Origin: Mobula hypostoma
Lineage: Eukaryota
Assembly (NCBI RefSeq): GCF_963921235.1
Contig: NC_086097.1
Span: 66,590,001-66,654,000 of the forward strand
Direction of reading: 5' to 3'
Length of the DNA: 64,000 nucleotides
The position numbers were made by a program, and so were the translations under genes. Each line of letters begins with the position of its first letter. The first letter of the stretch is position 1. Shown here piece after piece: positions 25,988 to 39,080 of this stretch. The notes beneath the pieces are model-generated. The model saw only the letters and a list, made by a program, of their open reading frames with translations, was not told where the DNA came from and ran no database searches.

Positions 25988-26790
25988 CTCAAAGTTCAAA
26001 GTACATGTATGTCACCATATACAATCCTGAGATTTGTTTTCTTGCAGGCATACTCAATAAATCCAATAATCTAATGGAACCAATGAAAGGCCACACCCAA
26101 TAGGGCAGTCAACCAGTGTGCAAATGACAAAAAATTTTGCAAATACAAAATAAATAAATAAATAAATGACAAAGAGTGAGAACATGAGGTGAAGAGTCCT
26201 TGAAACTGAGTCCATGGGTCGTGGGAACCGTTCAGTGTTGGGGCGAGTGAAGCTGAGTGAGGTTATCCCCTCTGGTTCAAGAGCCTGATGGTTGAGGGTA
26301 ATAACTGTTCCTGAATCTGATGGTGTGGCTCCTGAGGCTCCTATACCTTCTTCCTGATGACAGCAACGAGAAGAGAGCATTGCCTGGATGGTGGGGTCCT
26401 TGAAGATGGATGCTGCTTTCCTGCCACAGCATCCTGTGTAGATCTGCTCATTGATGTGAAGGGCCTGACCTGCGATAAGCTGGGCCATATCCACTACTTC
26501 TTGTGGGCTTTTCCATTCAAGGGTATTAGTGTTTCCACACCAGGCTGTGATGCAACCAGTCAATATACTCTCCACCACACATTGTGAAAGTTTTTGATGT
26601 CATGCTGAATCTTCACAAATTTAAGAAGTAGAGGGGCTGCCATGCTTTCTCTGTAATTGCACTTGTGTGCTGGGCCCAGGACAGTTCCTTTGAAATGATT
26701 ACACTGAGGAATCTAGAGTTGCTGACCCTCTCCACCTCTGATCCTTCGATGAGGACTGGCTCTTGGCCCTCAATGACCTGACCATTTTCA
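25988..26790 (-). mobile_element. Rex1/Babar LINE 3' fragment
   Basis: VESILTGCITAWCGN, KAASIFKDP and VERVSNSRFLSVIISKELSWAQH; 3'UTR similar to 60812-61100. Confidence 0.85.
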
Positions 26791-28119
26791 ACAGGCATTT
26801 TAAAACCAGGGAGTTGCCATTCAATTCATTTCTAAGATTCACCTCCTTCACATCATAATTCAGTAAGAACTGAGAACAACATGTTCTCATCAGAGTTCAG
26901 GCAGCCCATCAAAAACTCTTTTTAAAACAAAAACAAAACTAGTTTGCTGCTCATGTCATGACATCACTGGGTAACCAGGTCTCAAGCTCTGAGTAACATG
27001 GGATCTGATCATGCAATACTCTCCTTATTTTGATTCTAACTCAGATCAAGTCTCAATGCAGTTTTCTATCTCTCCTGATCGAATAAATCTAGTGGGAAGG
27101 TTGTGACTTACAAATATCTTTAAAGCCTAGTTTATGTAGGTATTGGACTGGAGTGCTGTTCAACATCCTTCCTTCATTTAATAAAGGCCATTACCTCACT
27201 GGCATTTTCTCTGGGATGTTAATGTGCATGGCAGACACTAAGTGCTTGCAGTGCTTCTAATTTGTCCTACTGAGCTTGTAGGATAGCCTGCAAGACCTGC
27301 TGCCCCTCCTGTGGAAAAATAAGTCCTGAAGATGTGACCTGATATTAATACCAGAGATTACAATTTTTGTCTCCATAGGTGTGCCAAGTGAAACCAACAG
27401 TTAAAAGTAAACAAAGCTATATTTGCATGACCTTGAAATTTTGGATATATTTTCAACTTTATTAGGGAATTTTAATTATGGGTTTATTTGGACTCAAGAA
27501 GAACAACGCAAAGATTCACAAAATTATATTAACAAGTGATGCTCACTTTCCCATTTTCAGCTCGTCATGAAATTTTCCAAAATAGTGTCTCACTTTTTAG
27601 CCTGCCAAGCTAAATTTGATGAAAATCTATTCTCTGTTTCTTAAAAAATGTAAGGGCGTTTGGAGTCGTAACATCGCCAGCATACACATATGCCAGGTGC
27701 AGTCTGATTATTCACTAAACAGTATTCATCTTTACAGTCTGGGTATAACTGGAGAACAAAATTTACTATAAAAGCATTTCTTTTTTCAATCATTTTATGA
27801 TTGATTTAGGTGTTAACATAAAACTATGCAAAAGTCTTCTCCAGCTCAATAATGAAAAGCTACTTGAGAGTATATTGTAATTCAATGTCACCTTTTCGTT
27901 GAAATGGAAGTATCATGTATAGAGAATATGAATTATGTGCATCTAACCAATAAATGGCTTTTGCTGTGAAAATGCAACCATGCATTATTGACTTTAAGGT
28001 TAACCTGTGAATGGGTATGAATTACCACCAGAATTATTATTTGCTTCTTTCTTCTTGCAGCATGCATTTTAGGTTTAATGTTTGTTTAATTTGGAGACAT
28101 TTTTTAAAGCAGTTTCCAG

Positions 28120-28275
28120 TAAGTCATAGAGTCATAGGAAACTACAGGACAGAAACCAGCCCTTCTGCCCATCCCATCCATGCTAAACAATTTAAACTGC
28201 CTCGTCCCATCGTCCTGCACCCAGACTGTAGCCCTCCATACCCCTCCTATCCATGTACCTATCCAAGGTGTCTTA
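28120..28275 (-). mobile_element. CR1 3' tail fragment
   Basis: gtcatagagtcatag..acagaaaccagcccttctgcccatc..ccctccatacccctcctatccatgtacctatccaa. Confidence 0.7.
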
Positions 28276-28349
28276 TCCAGCTTTAGATAACGAGCAATGT
28301 TGCTATCAGAGTCAATTAGCTTTGTCTAAGGAGGAGTTTGGCAAGTTGA

Positions 28350-29800
28350 TTCAGATTCAGTTTTATTATCACATGGAATTTGTTTCACAGCAGTAGTACA
28401 GTACAATACTCTAATATCACTATAAATTACAATAAGAATATTTCAAAACCAAATGGTGCAAAAAGAGATCAAAATAGCGAGGTAGAGTTCATGGACAATT
28501 CAGAAATCTGATGGAGGAGTGGAAGAACCTGTTCCTAAAACGTTGAGTGTGAGTCTTCAGGCTCCTGTACCATTTCCCTGGTGATAGTAATGAGAAGTGA
28601 GTATGCCCTCTGGTAAGGGATTCTCCTTGATGGAGATGACTACCCTTTGCAGCTTTTTCCGATCCTGTGCGGTGGTCCCTCCATACCAGATGGCAATGCC
28701 AAGAGTCAGAATGCACTTCACGGTACATCTGTGGAAATTACTGGAGTCTTTGGTGACATCCCAAATCTCCTCAAAGTTCTAATGAATTATAGCCATTGGC
28801 ATGTCTTCATAATTGCATCAACATGATGGGCCCAGGATAGGTCTTCAGAGATGCTGAAAATGCTCAGCCTTTCCACTGCTGACCCCTCAATGACAGCTGC
28901 TGTGCCTTCTCCCAATTTCCCTTCCTGAAGTCCACAGTCAATTTCTTGGTGGTCTCACAGGTGTGTACAAGGTTGTTGTTGTGACACCACTCAACCGGCC
29001 ATTCTAACTCAGTCCTATACGCCTCCTCATCACCATCAGAGATTCTGCCAATAACAATTGTGTCATCAGCAAATTTATAGATGCGGTTTGAGCTATACCT
29101 GGCCACACAGTCATGAGTGTAGAGAGAGAAGAAGAGTAGGTTACGCACACATCCTTGAGGTGTGCTGGTGTTGATTGTCAGCGGGGAGGAAATGTTATTT
29201 TCAATCCACACTGTTGCAAAAGCCCAGATTTTGAAGCCTGGTGATTAGTGCTGAGCGTACGATGGCATTGAGCACTGAGTTGTAATCAATAAACAGAAGC
29301 CTGACATTGCTGTTGTCTGGGGGTCCAAGGCTGAGTGGACCACCAGTGAAAGTGCATCCACTGTAGACCGGTTGTGGTGGTAGGCAAATTGCAGTGGGTC
29401 CAGTTCCTTGCTCAGGCAAGGGTTAATTCTAGCCAAGACGAACTTCTCAAAGCACTTCATAGTGAAACTGGGTAATAGTCATTAAGTCAGCTGACCCAGC
29501 TCGAATTGGCCAGAGGTATGATTGATGTCCCTCTGAAGCAGGAGGAATTTCGAACTGCAGCAGTGAGAGGACAAACATGTCCTTGAACACTCCAGTGAGT
29601 TAGTTGGCACAGGTTTTCAGTGCCGTGCCAGATACACTATTAGATCCCGATGCCTTGCTATGGTTCACACTCTTGAAAGGTGTTCTGACATGGACATCTG
29701 AGACGGATATCACAGGGTCACTAGACACTGCAGGGATCCGCACAGATATAGAAGATAGTGTTTTTCTTCCTTTCAAAGCATGCGTAAGATGTTGAATTTA
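28350..29800 (-). mobile_element. Rex1/Babar LINE RT fragment
   Basis: MKCFEKFVLARI, LDPLQFAY, VRLLFIDYNS, TPQGCV, IYKFADDTIVIG and RFRNRFFHSSIRFLN. Confidence 0.85.
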
Positions 29801-29929
29801 CCCATCCAGTGAGGGGTTTATTATTACAGCATGTCTCGTATTCAGAATCTATTTGTGAAATGTGAATGCTGTTCGTATGCATGGTATTTAATGGCCATCC
29901 TGAATTTGCTCTGAAAATCAAAACCACAA

Positions 29930-30110
29930 AAGCTGAAAATTTGAAACAAAGACAGAAAATTCTGGTCAGGTAGCATCGGTGGAAGGAAAAACATTTAGTG
30001 TTTCAGGTACAAGACCCTTCATTGGAACCCGTCTGCAACATGAACCCTTTCTCTTTCCAAGTACACTGCCTGGCCTGCTGAGTGCTTCCAGCGTTTTGTG
30101 CTTTTATTTA
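29930..30110. mobile_element. Degenerate Penelope pLTR inverted-repeat element
   Basis: Left arm gtcaggtagcatc..gtttcaggtacaagacccttcatt and right arm ctgcctggcctgctgagtgcttccagcgttttg; same layout as 35716-35926. Confidence 0.5.
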
Positions 30111-30394
30111 TAAATTGTCTTCATTAGGGTAGAGACTTGCTGCCAACTTAAATCCCCTGTGGTCCAGTGCTGAAGCTGTCCCCACAATATTGTTAAATAG
30201 AAAGTGCTGGGGTTATCTTCCACTGTTGAAGGAATAGCAATATATTAACAAGTAAGGTGGAATGATAAGCCGATGCTTATGTTGGGGAATAACTTGAAGG
30301 TAATGGAATTTCCACATTTCTGTTGCCCTATACCTGTTAATTACCTGCTGCTGAAGAAGTTGGTTGCTGCACTGAATCAAGATCAAACACAATG

Positions 30395-30620
30395 AGACCA
30401 TAACATATAGGAGCAGAATTAGGCCATTTGGCCCATCAAATTTCTGCACCATTTCATCATGGCTGATCCATTTTTCCAACCTCCTGCCTTACCCCCATTT
30501 CTCTTCATGCCCTGACTAATCAAGAATCAGTTAATCCCTGCCTTAAATATACCCAGTGACTTGACCTCCACAGCCGCCTGTGGCAATGGATTCCACAGAT
30601 TCACCACTCTCTGGCTAAAG
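30395..30620 (-). mobile_element. CR1 3' tail fragment
   Basis: accataacatataggagcagaattaggccatttggcccatc..ttgacctccacagccgcctgtggcaatggattccacagattcaccactctctg. Confidence 0.75.
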
Positions 30621-32596
30621 GATGTCCCTCTAGTATAGCCAAGGTATTCCTAATGTTGGAGAGGATGATGGATGGGATGTTTGTCAAGTGGACTGCTTTA
30701 TGCCAATGCTGTGTTAACTATCTGAAAATGATGAAGGAGATTTTACCTTGGCTTTCAGATTTTATTTCCTTGCTACAAGGAAGGAGGTAACTTAGCCCAA
30801 AGAGGCTATACCAGCTGTCCATCTATACCCAATTCTATCACCCTGTTACACTGGAAGTCACTTACAGTACTCATTTAATCTCCTACCTGCCATGTAGATG
30901 CTGAATAAATTTTGGAGGTCCAAAGATGAGTTGCCTACTGCAGAACATGTAGCACCTTACCTGTTCTTGTAGAGCTGATGGCCCATATTTTGTCAGGTGT
31001 GTCCACTGCCTGTCCACTTCTCAGATAGCCAGCTAACCCACTTGTACCTGTTTTCAACCCAGACTGCCAAACCTGTGGTGAGGGCTTGTCTGGCTTTGGA
31101 CGTTGGTTACCTAGGGAGCACTCAGCCCAAAATCAGGCACTGCTGAAGGAAACACCGAGTCAACTTTGGGCAGAATGAGAAAGTATATAGACTGACACTG
31201 GGACACTGAAGAAATGCCCTGGCACGAAGCTGGGGACAGCACAGAAGGAGAACCTGGGCTGAAACTGTGGCAGCTCTATAGGAGCACCTGGGCCAACATC
31301 AGCACAATGCTGTGGAGCTGCCTGGAGCACACCTGCCACTTCCTGTGCACTTGACCAGTCAGTATTCTCCATGGATATTGGATAGTAAAGCTGTTATTGT
31401 AATCAGGTCACATGAAAACATGAATCTGCCCGCAAACCCATCAATAGATGGCAAAGCAATGTCACAAAGGTGCTACAGCTTTGGAATCCTTCTGAACATT
31501 CCTGATACTGAGAATCATTTTGTTTTAAATTGACATAATACTTTTAAAAGTAATTTAAAAATAAATGAGTTAATCAAAAAACTCCTTTAAATATTCACAA
31601 ACTTCATACCATGCGAATGAATGAGCACAAGTATGAGTTACTTTTCCATTTTTGATGCCATCCAAGGTGCATGAGGCTTGCGAGTGGCGCATCAGTTCTA
31701 ACCTTTCACAGATCCTTGAGCAGATTCAATATCCAGCACGCTTCCGTCAGCAAGTTTGGGATTTTGATGTTTGAGAACGTGTGTACAAAGGACCAGTCTT
31801 GCTGCTGTTTACATGAGTAAATATCGACTGTTCACTGTAGACATTTACCAGCAATATTCGGCTCAGTATTTAAGCCTAACACTGTGGATGCTGGCCTTCT
31901 AAAATAAAATTAGAGAACGGTCAAAATTCTCAGCATTGCTGTCTGCTATGACTATTAATTTTCATTTCAGTCCAGGCATGAGGGCTGTCCAAGTCTTGCC
32001 GCATTATTTGAGAGATTGAGCAGAACTTAGCAATCATCTCCTCAAAGAACTTGTGATGGAAGGAAAAGTATTATCAGCAGCTAAAGTTGTTTGAGAAGTT
32101 CATGCTGTGATATCCCAGGGCCAGGTATATTGGTCTCCAACGGTTGTTGTCATCTTCATTTGTGCAAGGTACAGTGAAGCCAGTAGAATCATTCACTTTA
32201 ATTTTAATTGTTCAATCAATCAAGTCATTAATTTGCCATCATGTCCTGTTCACACCATATGTGATACTCAGGTGGCAATGAAAGACTTTGCCATCATGTT
32301 TGTTTCGAGCATATGTGATACTTGTGTGCCTCTATTGCTGCGTCTTTCTTTATTGTGGTATTGGGATTGTAAATATAGAATGGATTTGATACATCCAATG
32401 GCAGTGCGTAATCTTGCGCAGTGCAGTTGAATTTTTATGTATCATCGCGCAAGTACCATCTTGAAGATTGAGTTAAAGCCCAGCTGGGTGCATTGTTAAA
32501 TATCACATTAGGCCCTTGTCATTCAGCTTGTTTGAATGCTTCTCACTTTAAATATTAAAAGAATAAATGGAGTTTAGGTGATAACATCAACACTTA

Positions 32597-32990
32597 AGGA
32601 GCGGCACAGTAACGTGGAGGTTAATGTGACACTATAACAGCACCAGCAACCAGAGCTCGGTCCTGCCGCTGTTTGTACGTTCTCCCCGTTACCGTGTGGA
32701 TATCCTCAGGGTGCTCCAGCTTCCTGTCGCATTCCAATTGTTTCGCAAGTGCCCTGACCCATTCCGGATTCACATTAACTCCCCCTTCCCTGTGTCTCTC
32801 AGCTGGCTAGATCCCAATTAACTCAGCAGCTGCCGATACACTGAGCCCTGTCTCTCTCGGGGTCTCCATCACTTCACCATGTACACGTTTGTAAGTTAAT
32901 TGGTCACATGAGTGTAATTGAGCAGCTCGGGTTTATTTGGCCAGAAAGGCCTGTTGCTGAGCTCTATCTCTAAATAACTAAAATAAAATC
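32597..32990 (+). mobile_element. tRNA-derived V-SINE-like element
   Basis: gcggcacagtaacgtggaggtta head; gtttgtacgttctccccgttaccgtgtggatatcctcagggtgctccagcttcctgtcgcattccaa V-domain; CR1-like 3' gccagaaaggcctgtt..ctctatctctaaata. Confidence 0.65.
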
Positions 32991-34618
32991 AGCCTACCCT
33001 GTAATTTTCCATTGCGGAGAAACAATTTCATTGGTTTCTTACCTGACAACTCTGAAGTATTTCTAATTACTGTGCCACTGAGCCAGGGACAGAAATGATG
33101 GATTGTCACTGAGAGAAACTGATAGGATATACCGTGGGAGCTCTGCAAGTCAAGCCAAGACAAGTGTAATATTTGCAGTGTGGTTGCTAGTGTTCACCTA
33201 GTACTTTTGTCAGGTACCCTAGGCCATTTTTTTGGTCCTTAGAGAGTTTTGTGGGCACTGTTTGTAATTCGCCAACATTTTACTTAGTACATACTTAATC
33301 TCTTCCTGCAATCAGTTGGTGAATTTAGTGTTTTATTTGTTCCAGTGTTGATTTCTCACTGTTTAACAATGATTGATCAGTTTACATTTTAAGTGAATAC
33401 GTATGCTTATTTTGTAGTATATGGTGTACTTGGAAATTTGGTGCCATTATACTCAAAAACAGCAGGCCCAACCCCAGCATTATCACTAACTGGGAACTGC
33501 CTGGTTCTGATTAGCATTGCTTCAATTCTTCAAATCCAATTCGAATCAAGACTTCAAAAAATCTAGCATAAGACATACTGCCTTTTGGTCAGGAGACGGA
33601 AAAGCGGGTAGCTAAACTGAAACTATAGAAATGCATCCCCCAGCAGTTCAGAACACTTGAATGCCTGCAATTTGGATTTTTCTAGACAAGGTGAAAAGGT
33701 CTCATTTAAAGGATACAATTAAAAGGTTTGGAATTGTTTCATGTTGGCTTCATTTGGGCATATCTCCAAACAGTTATTTAGATGTAACAGGGCAATAGTG
33801 GTTAAAGTGGCAGAACGAGGGATGAATTACATCATGTTACAAGCAATTATGCAGTAAAACCTGCTTCTGAGTAAGAAGTATATAATTTTCTCTAAATATA
33901 ATGAGAAAGTGTTCCATTCACTCTGCTGTCACCCGATCAAAAAGTGAACATAAACATTCTTAAATTCTAAGCCTGATTGCAAAAGGAGTCTGATTTATTT
34001 AAGAATCCTTTAATCAGAATATCAAATGATAGACTACATGTCTTTACTTGATTACACTTTTGATATTAATACTTAGATATCAAGGAAAGATTAAAGTGTT
34101 GCTTGATATGGATGATTTACACAATTTAGAAAGAAATCTAATTAATTGCCATGTACAGAACTTATCAAAGCTACTGATTTCCTTAGTACCAAAGCAGGCA
34201 ATCAGTGCTTAAACATACCTCATGAGAAAATAACAATGCGTCTCCCTCCACAACACGTACCTCTCCTGTGGACAGGTGGGAATCTAATTCATTCACTTTC
34301 AATAATAATTACTCACCCCTGCTCTCTTGTATTCCCTAGATGCATAGCACCAGCTAGTAATTTCTAAAGGGGTGCTCTATTTGTGTGGGAGCCATATGAG
34401 AACTAAATCTGACGTGGGAATATTTTAAGAGGGAAGGGAGCAGGTTCCAAAAAATTTGGATAATGTTGTAGAAGTACTATTAAAGGGGATGTAAAGTGAG
34501 AAAGCTGCCCTCTGTTGGCAGGAATCCAAGAGGCACTCCAAACACAAGGTCAGAAGACGGTGGGAGAAGTTGGTCGTGGAGACTGAGGCTTGTACAATTG
34601 AGATACAGTTTACAAGTA

Positions 34619-35438
34619 CAGTATACTCCAGTTAATTGGGCCATCGGTTAATCAGGGCAGCCGGTTACTTGGGACAACTCTTAAGGAACTAAAACTAATC
34701 AAGAAAATAGCCAGGATTCCCTTTGTTTATTTGCAACACTATGTCATTTAATTGGGACAGGGGACTGTTGCTGAGCAGTTTCTAACTCACATCAGTCACA
34801 TGCACGTGTGGCCATTAGGCACTATCTCGTGCTTAGAGCGAACACCTTTTTTAATAATGCCAGCTGCTTGTGTTTTGTGTTCAAAAAGCAGTTATTTTTT
34901 CCACTGATAGATAGTGAGAAATAAGCAGTAAGGCAATTCAGAACTGTTTTTCTCACTGTGGTTTCAAGCATTCAGGCTTAGAAGATGCCAGAAATAGCCA
35001 TGAGTGAAAATGAAACAATTTCAATACTCCAACAAGTTAGGAACTACAAAGAATTGTAGTTCCTGACTTGAATGTTACAATGAAAATTATAATTTGGAGG
35101 ATCCAAACATTTAAAGCATTGTACGTAGGCAGTCAATTATCTGCACTAGCTGTCTGCACTGATCTTGTCCACTCACAGTCAGTCAAAAGAACATGGCAGT
35201 GTACACTGGCTGTATTCTTCTATCTATAACTATTAGGAACTAATACAGTTTTATAGTACTATAGTAGTATTGGTAGTGTTCTAACTTGACTACATAATTT
35301 GTTACTCAGTTAAAAGGTCTTTTTTAAAAAAAAAAATCTTTTTAACTATTTCCATGAAACTTCAGCTAACTGGGTCAGCTGCTTAATTGGCCCAAAATGT
35401 ACTGGTTCCAATGTGTCCAAATTAACAAGAATCCAGAG
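34619..35438. mobile_element. Tigger/pogo-like non-autonomous DNA transposon
   Basis: TA-flanked, with diverged TIRs cagtatactccagttaattggg / ccaaattaacaagaatccagag and repeated internal ttaattggg motifs. Confidence 0.55.
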
Positions 35439-35784
35439 TACTTTAGTGTCCTCACAGTAGTAGCTACAATTAATGATAGTGTTAACAATTGTCTCACCAC
35501 ACCTTTTCTTCCAAGGAAACTACTACCTTCTGTACCCAGATATTGGAGCAATTGATTTGTTCAGAAGCTTAAAATTAGCACAATGTTTTTCAGTACTTAT
35601 TACATCACTCATGAAAACTTTTGAAAATAAAATGTGCCAAATACCCTAATCTGTATTTATTAGTCACGGTGTTGCATTTCATTTACGTAAACACGAGGAA
35701 TTCTGCAGATGCTGGAAATTCAAGCAACACACATCAAAGTTGCTGGTGAACGCAGCAGGCCAGGCAGCATCTCTAGGAAGAGGT

Positions 35785-35824
35785 ACAGTCGACGTTTCTG
35801 GCCAAGACCCTTCGTCAGGACTGT
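35785..35824 (-). ncRNA. Minimal type I hammerhead ribozyme motif (short stem III)
   Basis: Minus strand: acagtc CTGACGA agggtcttggcca GAAA CGTC gactgt. Stem I acagtc/gactgt is 6 bp; stem II has a weakened base. Confidence 0.65.
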
Positions 35825-35858
35825 CCTGACGAAGGGTCTCAGCCCGAAACGTTGACGG
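35821..35858 (+). ncRNA. Minimal type I hammerhead ribozyme motif (short stem III)
   Basis: ctgtc CTGACGA a ggg tctcag ccc GAAA CGTT gacgg. Stem I ctgtc/gacgg, stem II GGG/CCC, palindromic ACGT stem III, GUU cleavage triplet. Confidence 0.7.
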
Positions 35859-36319
35859 TACCTCTTCCTAGAGATGTTGCCTGGCCTGCTGCGTTCACCA
35901 GCAACTTTGATGTGTTGCTTGAATTTTATGCTTTGTTACAAATATATCATATTTCACAGATATTTAAATGATGGCATTTTTCCTGCCACTTCTGTACTCC
36001 TGTGGCAAAATTGCATTAACATTCTGAACATCTTACAACCTGACTTCTTCTTCTGATTGAGTATAGATCAATTTACAAGTGGGTTACAGGAATCTAACTG
36101 ATTTGAATATAAGAGCTTCCTGTAGCACAATTGCACAAAAATTCAATGATTTGATAGTCAAAACCTTTGTGATATGTCCAACATATATTTCCACATATTG
36201 ACTGGGACTCTCATACTGTAAAATGAGATGAGATAGAGTTTGTTATATGCGCAGGAATGTTTCCTAAATCAATATATAGAGGTCCCAGCTAGAGAGAGTG
36301 CAATACAGGATCTCCTATC

Positions 36320-39080
36320 AGGGAATAAAACAGGGTAATTGTGTGTAGGGAAACACTTCTGATCATAATTCTGTGAGTTTCAAGATAATTATGGAGAAAG
36401 CTAATGAGTCTCATCTGCTTAGGTTTGGAATCAGTTTTCTTCTCCTAGATTGGTTGCCAGCCAAGGCTGACGAGCCCTGCCCAGCCACCCAGGTATACCA
36501 CCAGACACTTGGTCGTGCCATGACATAGCAAACTCAGTAAGAACAGGAACGCCATGTGAAGGTGTTGCTGTGGGCACAGTAGTGTAGGAGTGGCCATACG
36601 CAAGTGGCCCCCTGCATGACAAGCCAAACAGTTGTCCTATGGCGATCACTACACCTGGAAGGGAGAGGCTACGGAAGACGCTTCACCTTCCTTAAGTGAG
36701 CAGGACGTCCGGCCCGGGATTCACCCGACATTTATGCCAGGTGGTCTGTCTAGGAGAGGGAAAGCTTCAATACTCAACCTACAGCCTTGCGGTTGCCGCA
36801 GTTGTCGCAGCTCACCATGCCATTGTGGAATGTCGCCCAGCCTAAAGTGTGGAATTGGTCCGTGCACACCAATCCACACTATAAACCTATGCAGTTCAGG
36901 TGGGGAGAAAAGTCCAACAGCGATGGAGAAGAGGCAAAACGATAGGTGTTAGATGACACAGTCTCAACTCCTCTATGGTCACCAATGATTGTGCTGTTGC
37001 TCCTAAGGACTCTTCTTCCCTCCTGATCTTCGCAAGCAAAGAACAAGCCATCATCGTCATGGAGAAGGATAGAACTAGTCCTCTGGTTGAGATTCTAAAT
37101 AGCAGAAAGGCCCGTTTTGTTAGCATCAGAAAGGATCTGGCAAGGATGGATTGGGACAGGTTGTTTTCTGGCAAAGGGATGCTTGGTAAGTGAAAGGCCT
37201 TCAAAAATAAAATTTTGAGAGTATAGAGTTTGTGTGTTCCCTGTTAGAATAAAAGGCAAGGAAAACAGGTTCAGCTTAGTTTTTGAAGAATATTAAGGCT
37301 GTGGTTAAAAAGACGATGCGTAGCAGGTTAAGACACCGAGGAACAAATGAGGTGCTTGAGGAGTACAAGAAATGCGTAAGAACACTTAAGAGGGAAATCA
37401 AGGCATGAGGTTGCTCTGGCAAAGAAGGTGAGGGAGAATCCCAAGGGATTTTACAGATGTATTAAGAACAAAAGGATACCAAAGGACAAAATTGATCCAC
37501 TTGAAGATCAGCAGGATCATCTATGCATGGAGCTGAAAGAGATGGGAGAGGATCATAAATTAATTTTTTGCTCTGTATTTACTTGGTAGACAGACAGTCA
37601 ATAGAACTTGAGAGCAGAGTAGTCATAGACCCTGTACACATTATAGAGGAGGAAGTGTTTGACAACTTGAGGCTTACTAGGGTGGATAACTCCCCAGAGC
37701 CTGGCAGGTTGTCCTCTCGGACCTTGCGGGACACAAGTTCGGAAGTTGTAGCGGCTATAGCGGAGGTATACAAAAAGTCTTTAGCCATGGGTGAGGTGCC
37801 AGAGAACTGGGAGGTGGCTAATGTTATTTTGCTGTTCAATAAAGGCTTCAAGAATATGCCTAGAAACTATAGGCTAGTGAGCCTGACATTAGTAGTGGGT
37901 AAATTATTAGAATATATTCTAAAGGACCAGATATATAAGTATTTGGATAGATGGGGCCTTATTAGGGTTAGTCAACATGGCTTTGTGCATGGTAGGCCAT
38001 ATCTAACCAATCTTATAGAGAATTAGAGTTGCATGGGAGCTTTGGTCAAGAATATTCGGTCACTTAGTGTTCAGAATGAGGTAGTAGATTGAATTCAACA
38101 TTGGCCTCTCCAGAGAAGGCAGAGAGTGGTAGTAGATGGTTACTTCTGACTGGAGGCCTGTAACTACGGTGTGCCACAGGTATTGGTGCTGGGTCTATTG
38201 TTGTTTGACTTGTATATCAACAATCTGTTTACTAATGTAGTAAACTGGATTGGCAAATTTGTGGATAACGCCAAGATTGGGGGTGTAGTGGACAGTGAAG
38301 AAGACTATCAAAGCTTGCAAAAGGATCTGGACCAGCTGGAAAAATGGACTGTAAAATGGCAGATGGAGATTAACGCAGACAAGTGTGAGGTGTTGCACTT
38401 TGGAAGGATGACCCAGGTTAGTTCTTACATGGTAAGTGGTAGGGCACTGAGGAATGTGGTAGAACAGAAGGATCTGGGAATACAGATTATTATTTCTTGC
38501 AAGTGGCATCACAGGGTTGTAAAGAAAGCTTTTGGCACATTAGCCTTAATTTGATTTGTGAAGTCTAGGGGTTGAACTGTTACATTGAAGTTGTATAAGA
38601 TGTTGGTAGGGTCAAGTTTGGAGAATTGAGTGCAATTCTGGGCAACTACCTACAGTAAATATATGAATGAGATTGAAAGAGTACAGTGAATATTTACAAG
38701 GATGTTGCCAGCACTTGAGAACTTGAGTTATAACTAAGCGTTTGAAGTACAGATATGGTAAATGCAAATAGGCTTTTTAAACTGAGGTTGGGTGAGACTA
38801 GAATGTGAGGTCATAGATTAAGGGTAAAAGGTGAACTACTTATGGGGAATCTGAGGGGGACATCATCCAGAGGGTGACGTAAGTGTGGAAGGAGGTACCG
38901 TTGGAAGTGGTGTATGCAGGTTTGATTGCAGCATTTAAGAGAAGTTTGTACAAGTATGTGGATGGGAGGGGTACGGAGGGCTTTGATCCTGGTGTTGGTC
39001 AATGAATTTAGGCAGATTTTCAGTTTAGGATAGGTCAGAATGGCTGAATGGCCTGTTTCAGTGCCGTACAGCTCTATGAT
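36320..39080 (+). mobile_element. Degenerate CR1 LINE ORF2, interrupted near its 5' end
   Basis: SDHN-like ctgatcataat at ~36360; DNSPEPG, NYRLVSLTLVVGKLLE, QHGFVHGR, PQVLVLGLLLF and KWQMEINADKCEV; 3'UTR ggctgaatggcctgtttcagtgccgtacagctctatgattct. Confidence 0.85.
36401..37058. mobile_element. RTE-derived composite non-autonomous element
   Basis: Minus-strand RTE 5'UTR motif gggctcgtcagccttggctggcaaccaatctaggagaagaaaactgattccaaacc, a plus-strand related motif gtctaggagagggaaagc..aacct, and a 3' end atcttcgcaagcaaagaacaagccatcatcgtcat. Flanked by atggagaa(a/g)g (36391, 37059). Confidence 0.55.

Larger units (their letters stand above)
35686..35926. mobile_element. Penelope-derived inverted pLTR palindrome with two hammerhead motifs
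   Basis: Arms 35716-35821 and 35823-35926 are near-perfect reverse complements around a single T at 35822. The right arm closely matches the pLTR at 54102-54206. Confidence 0.85.
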
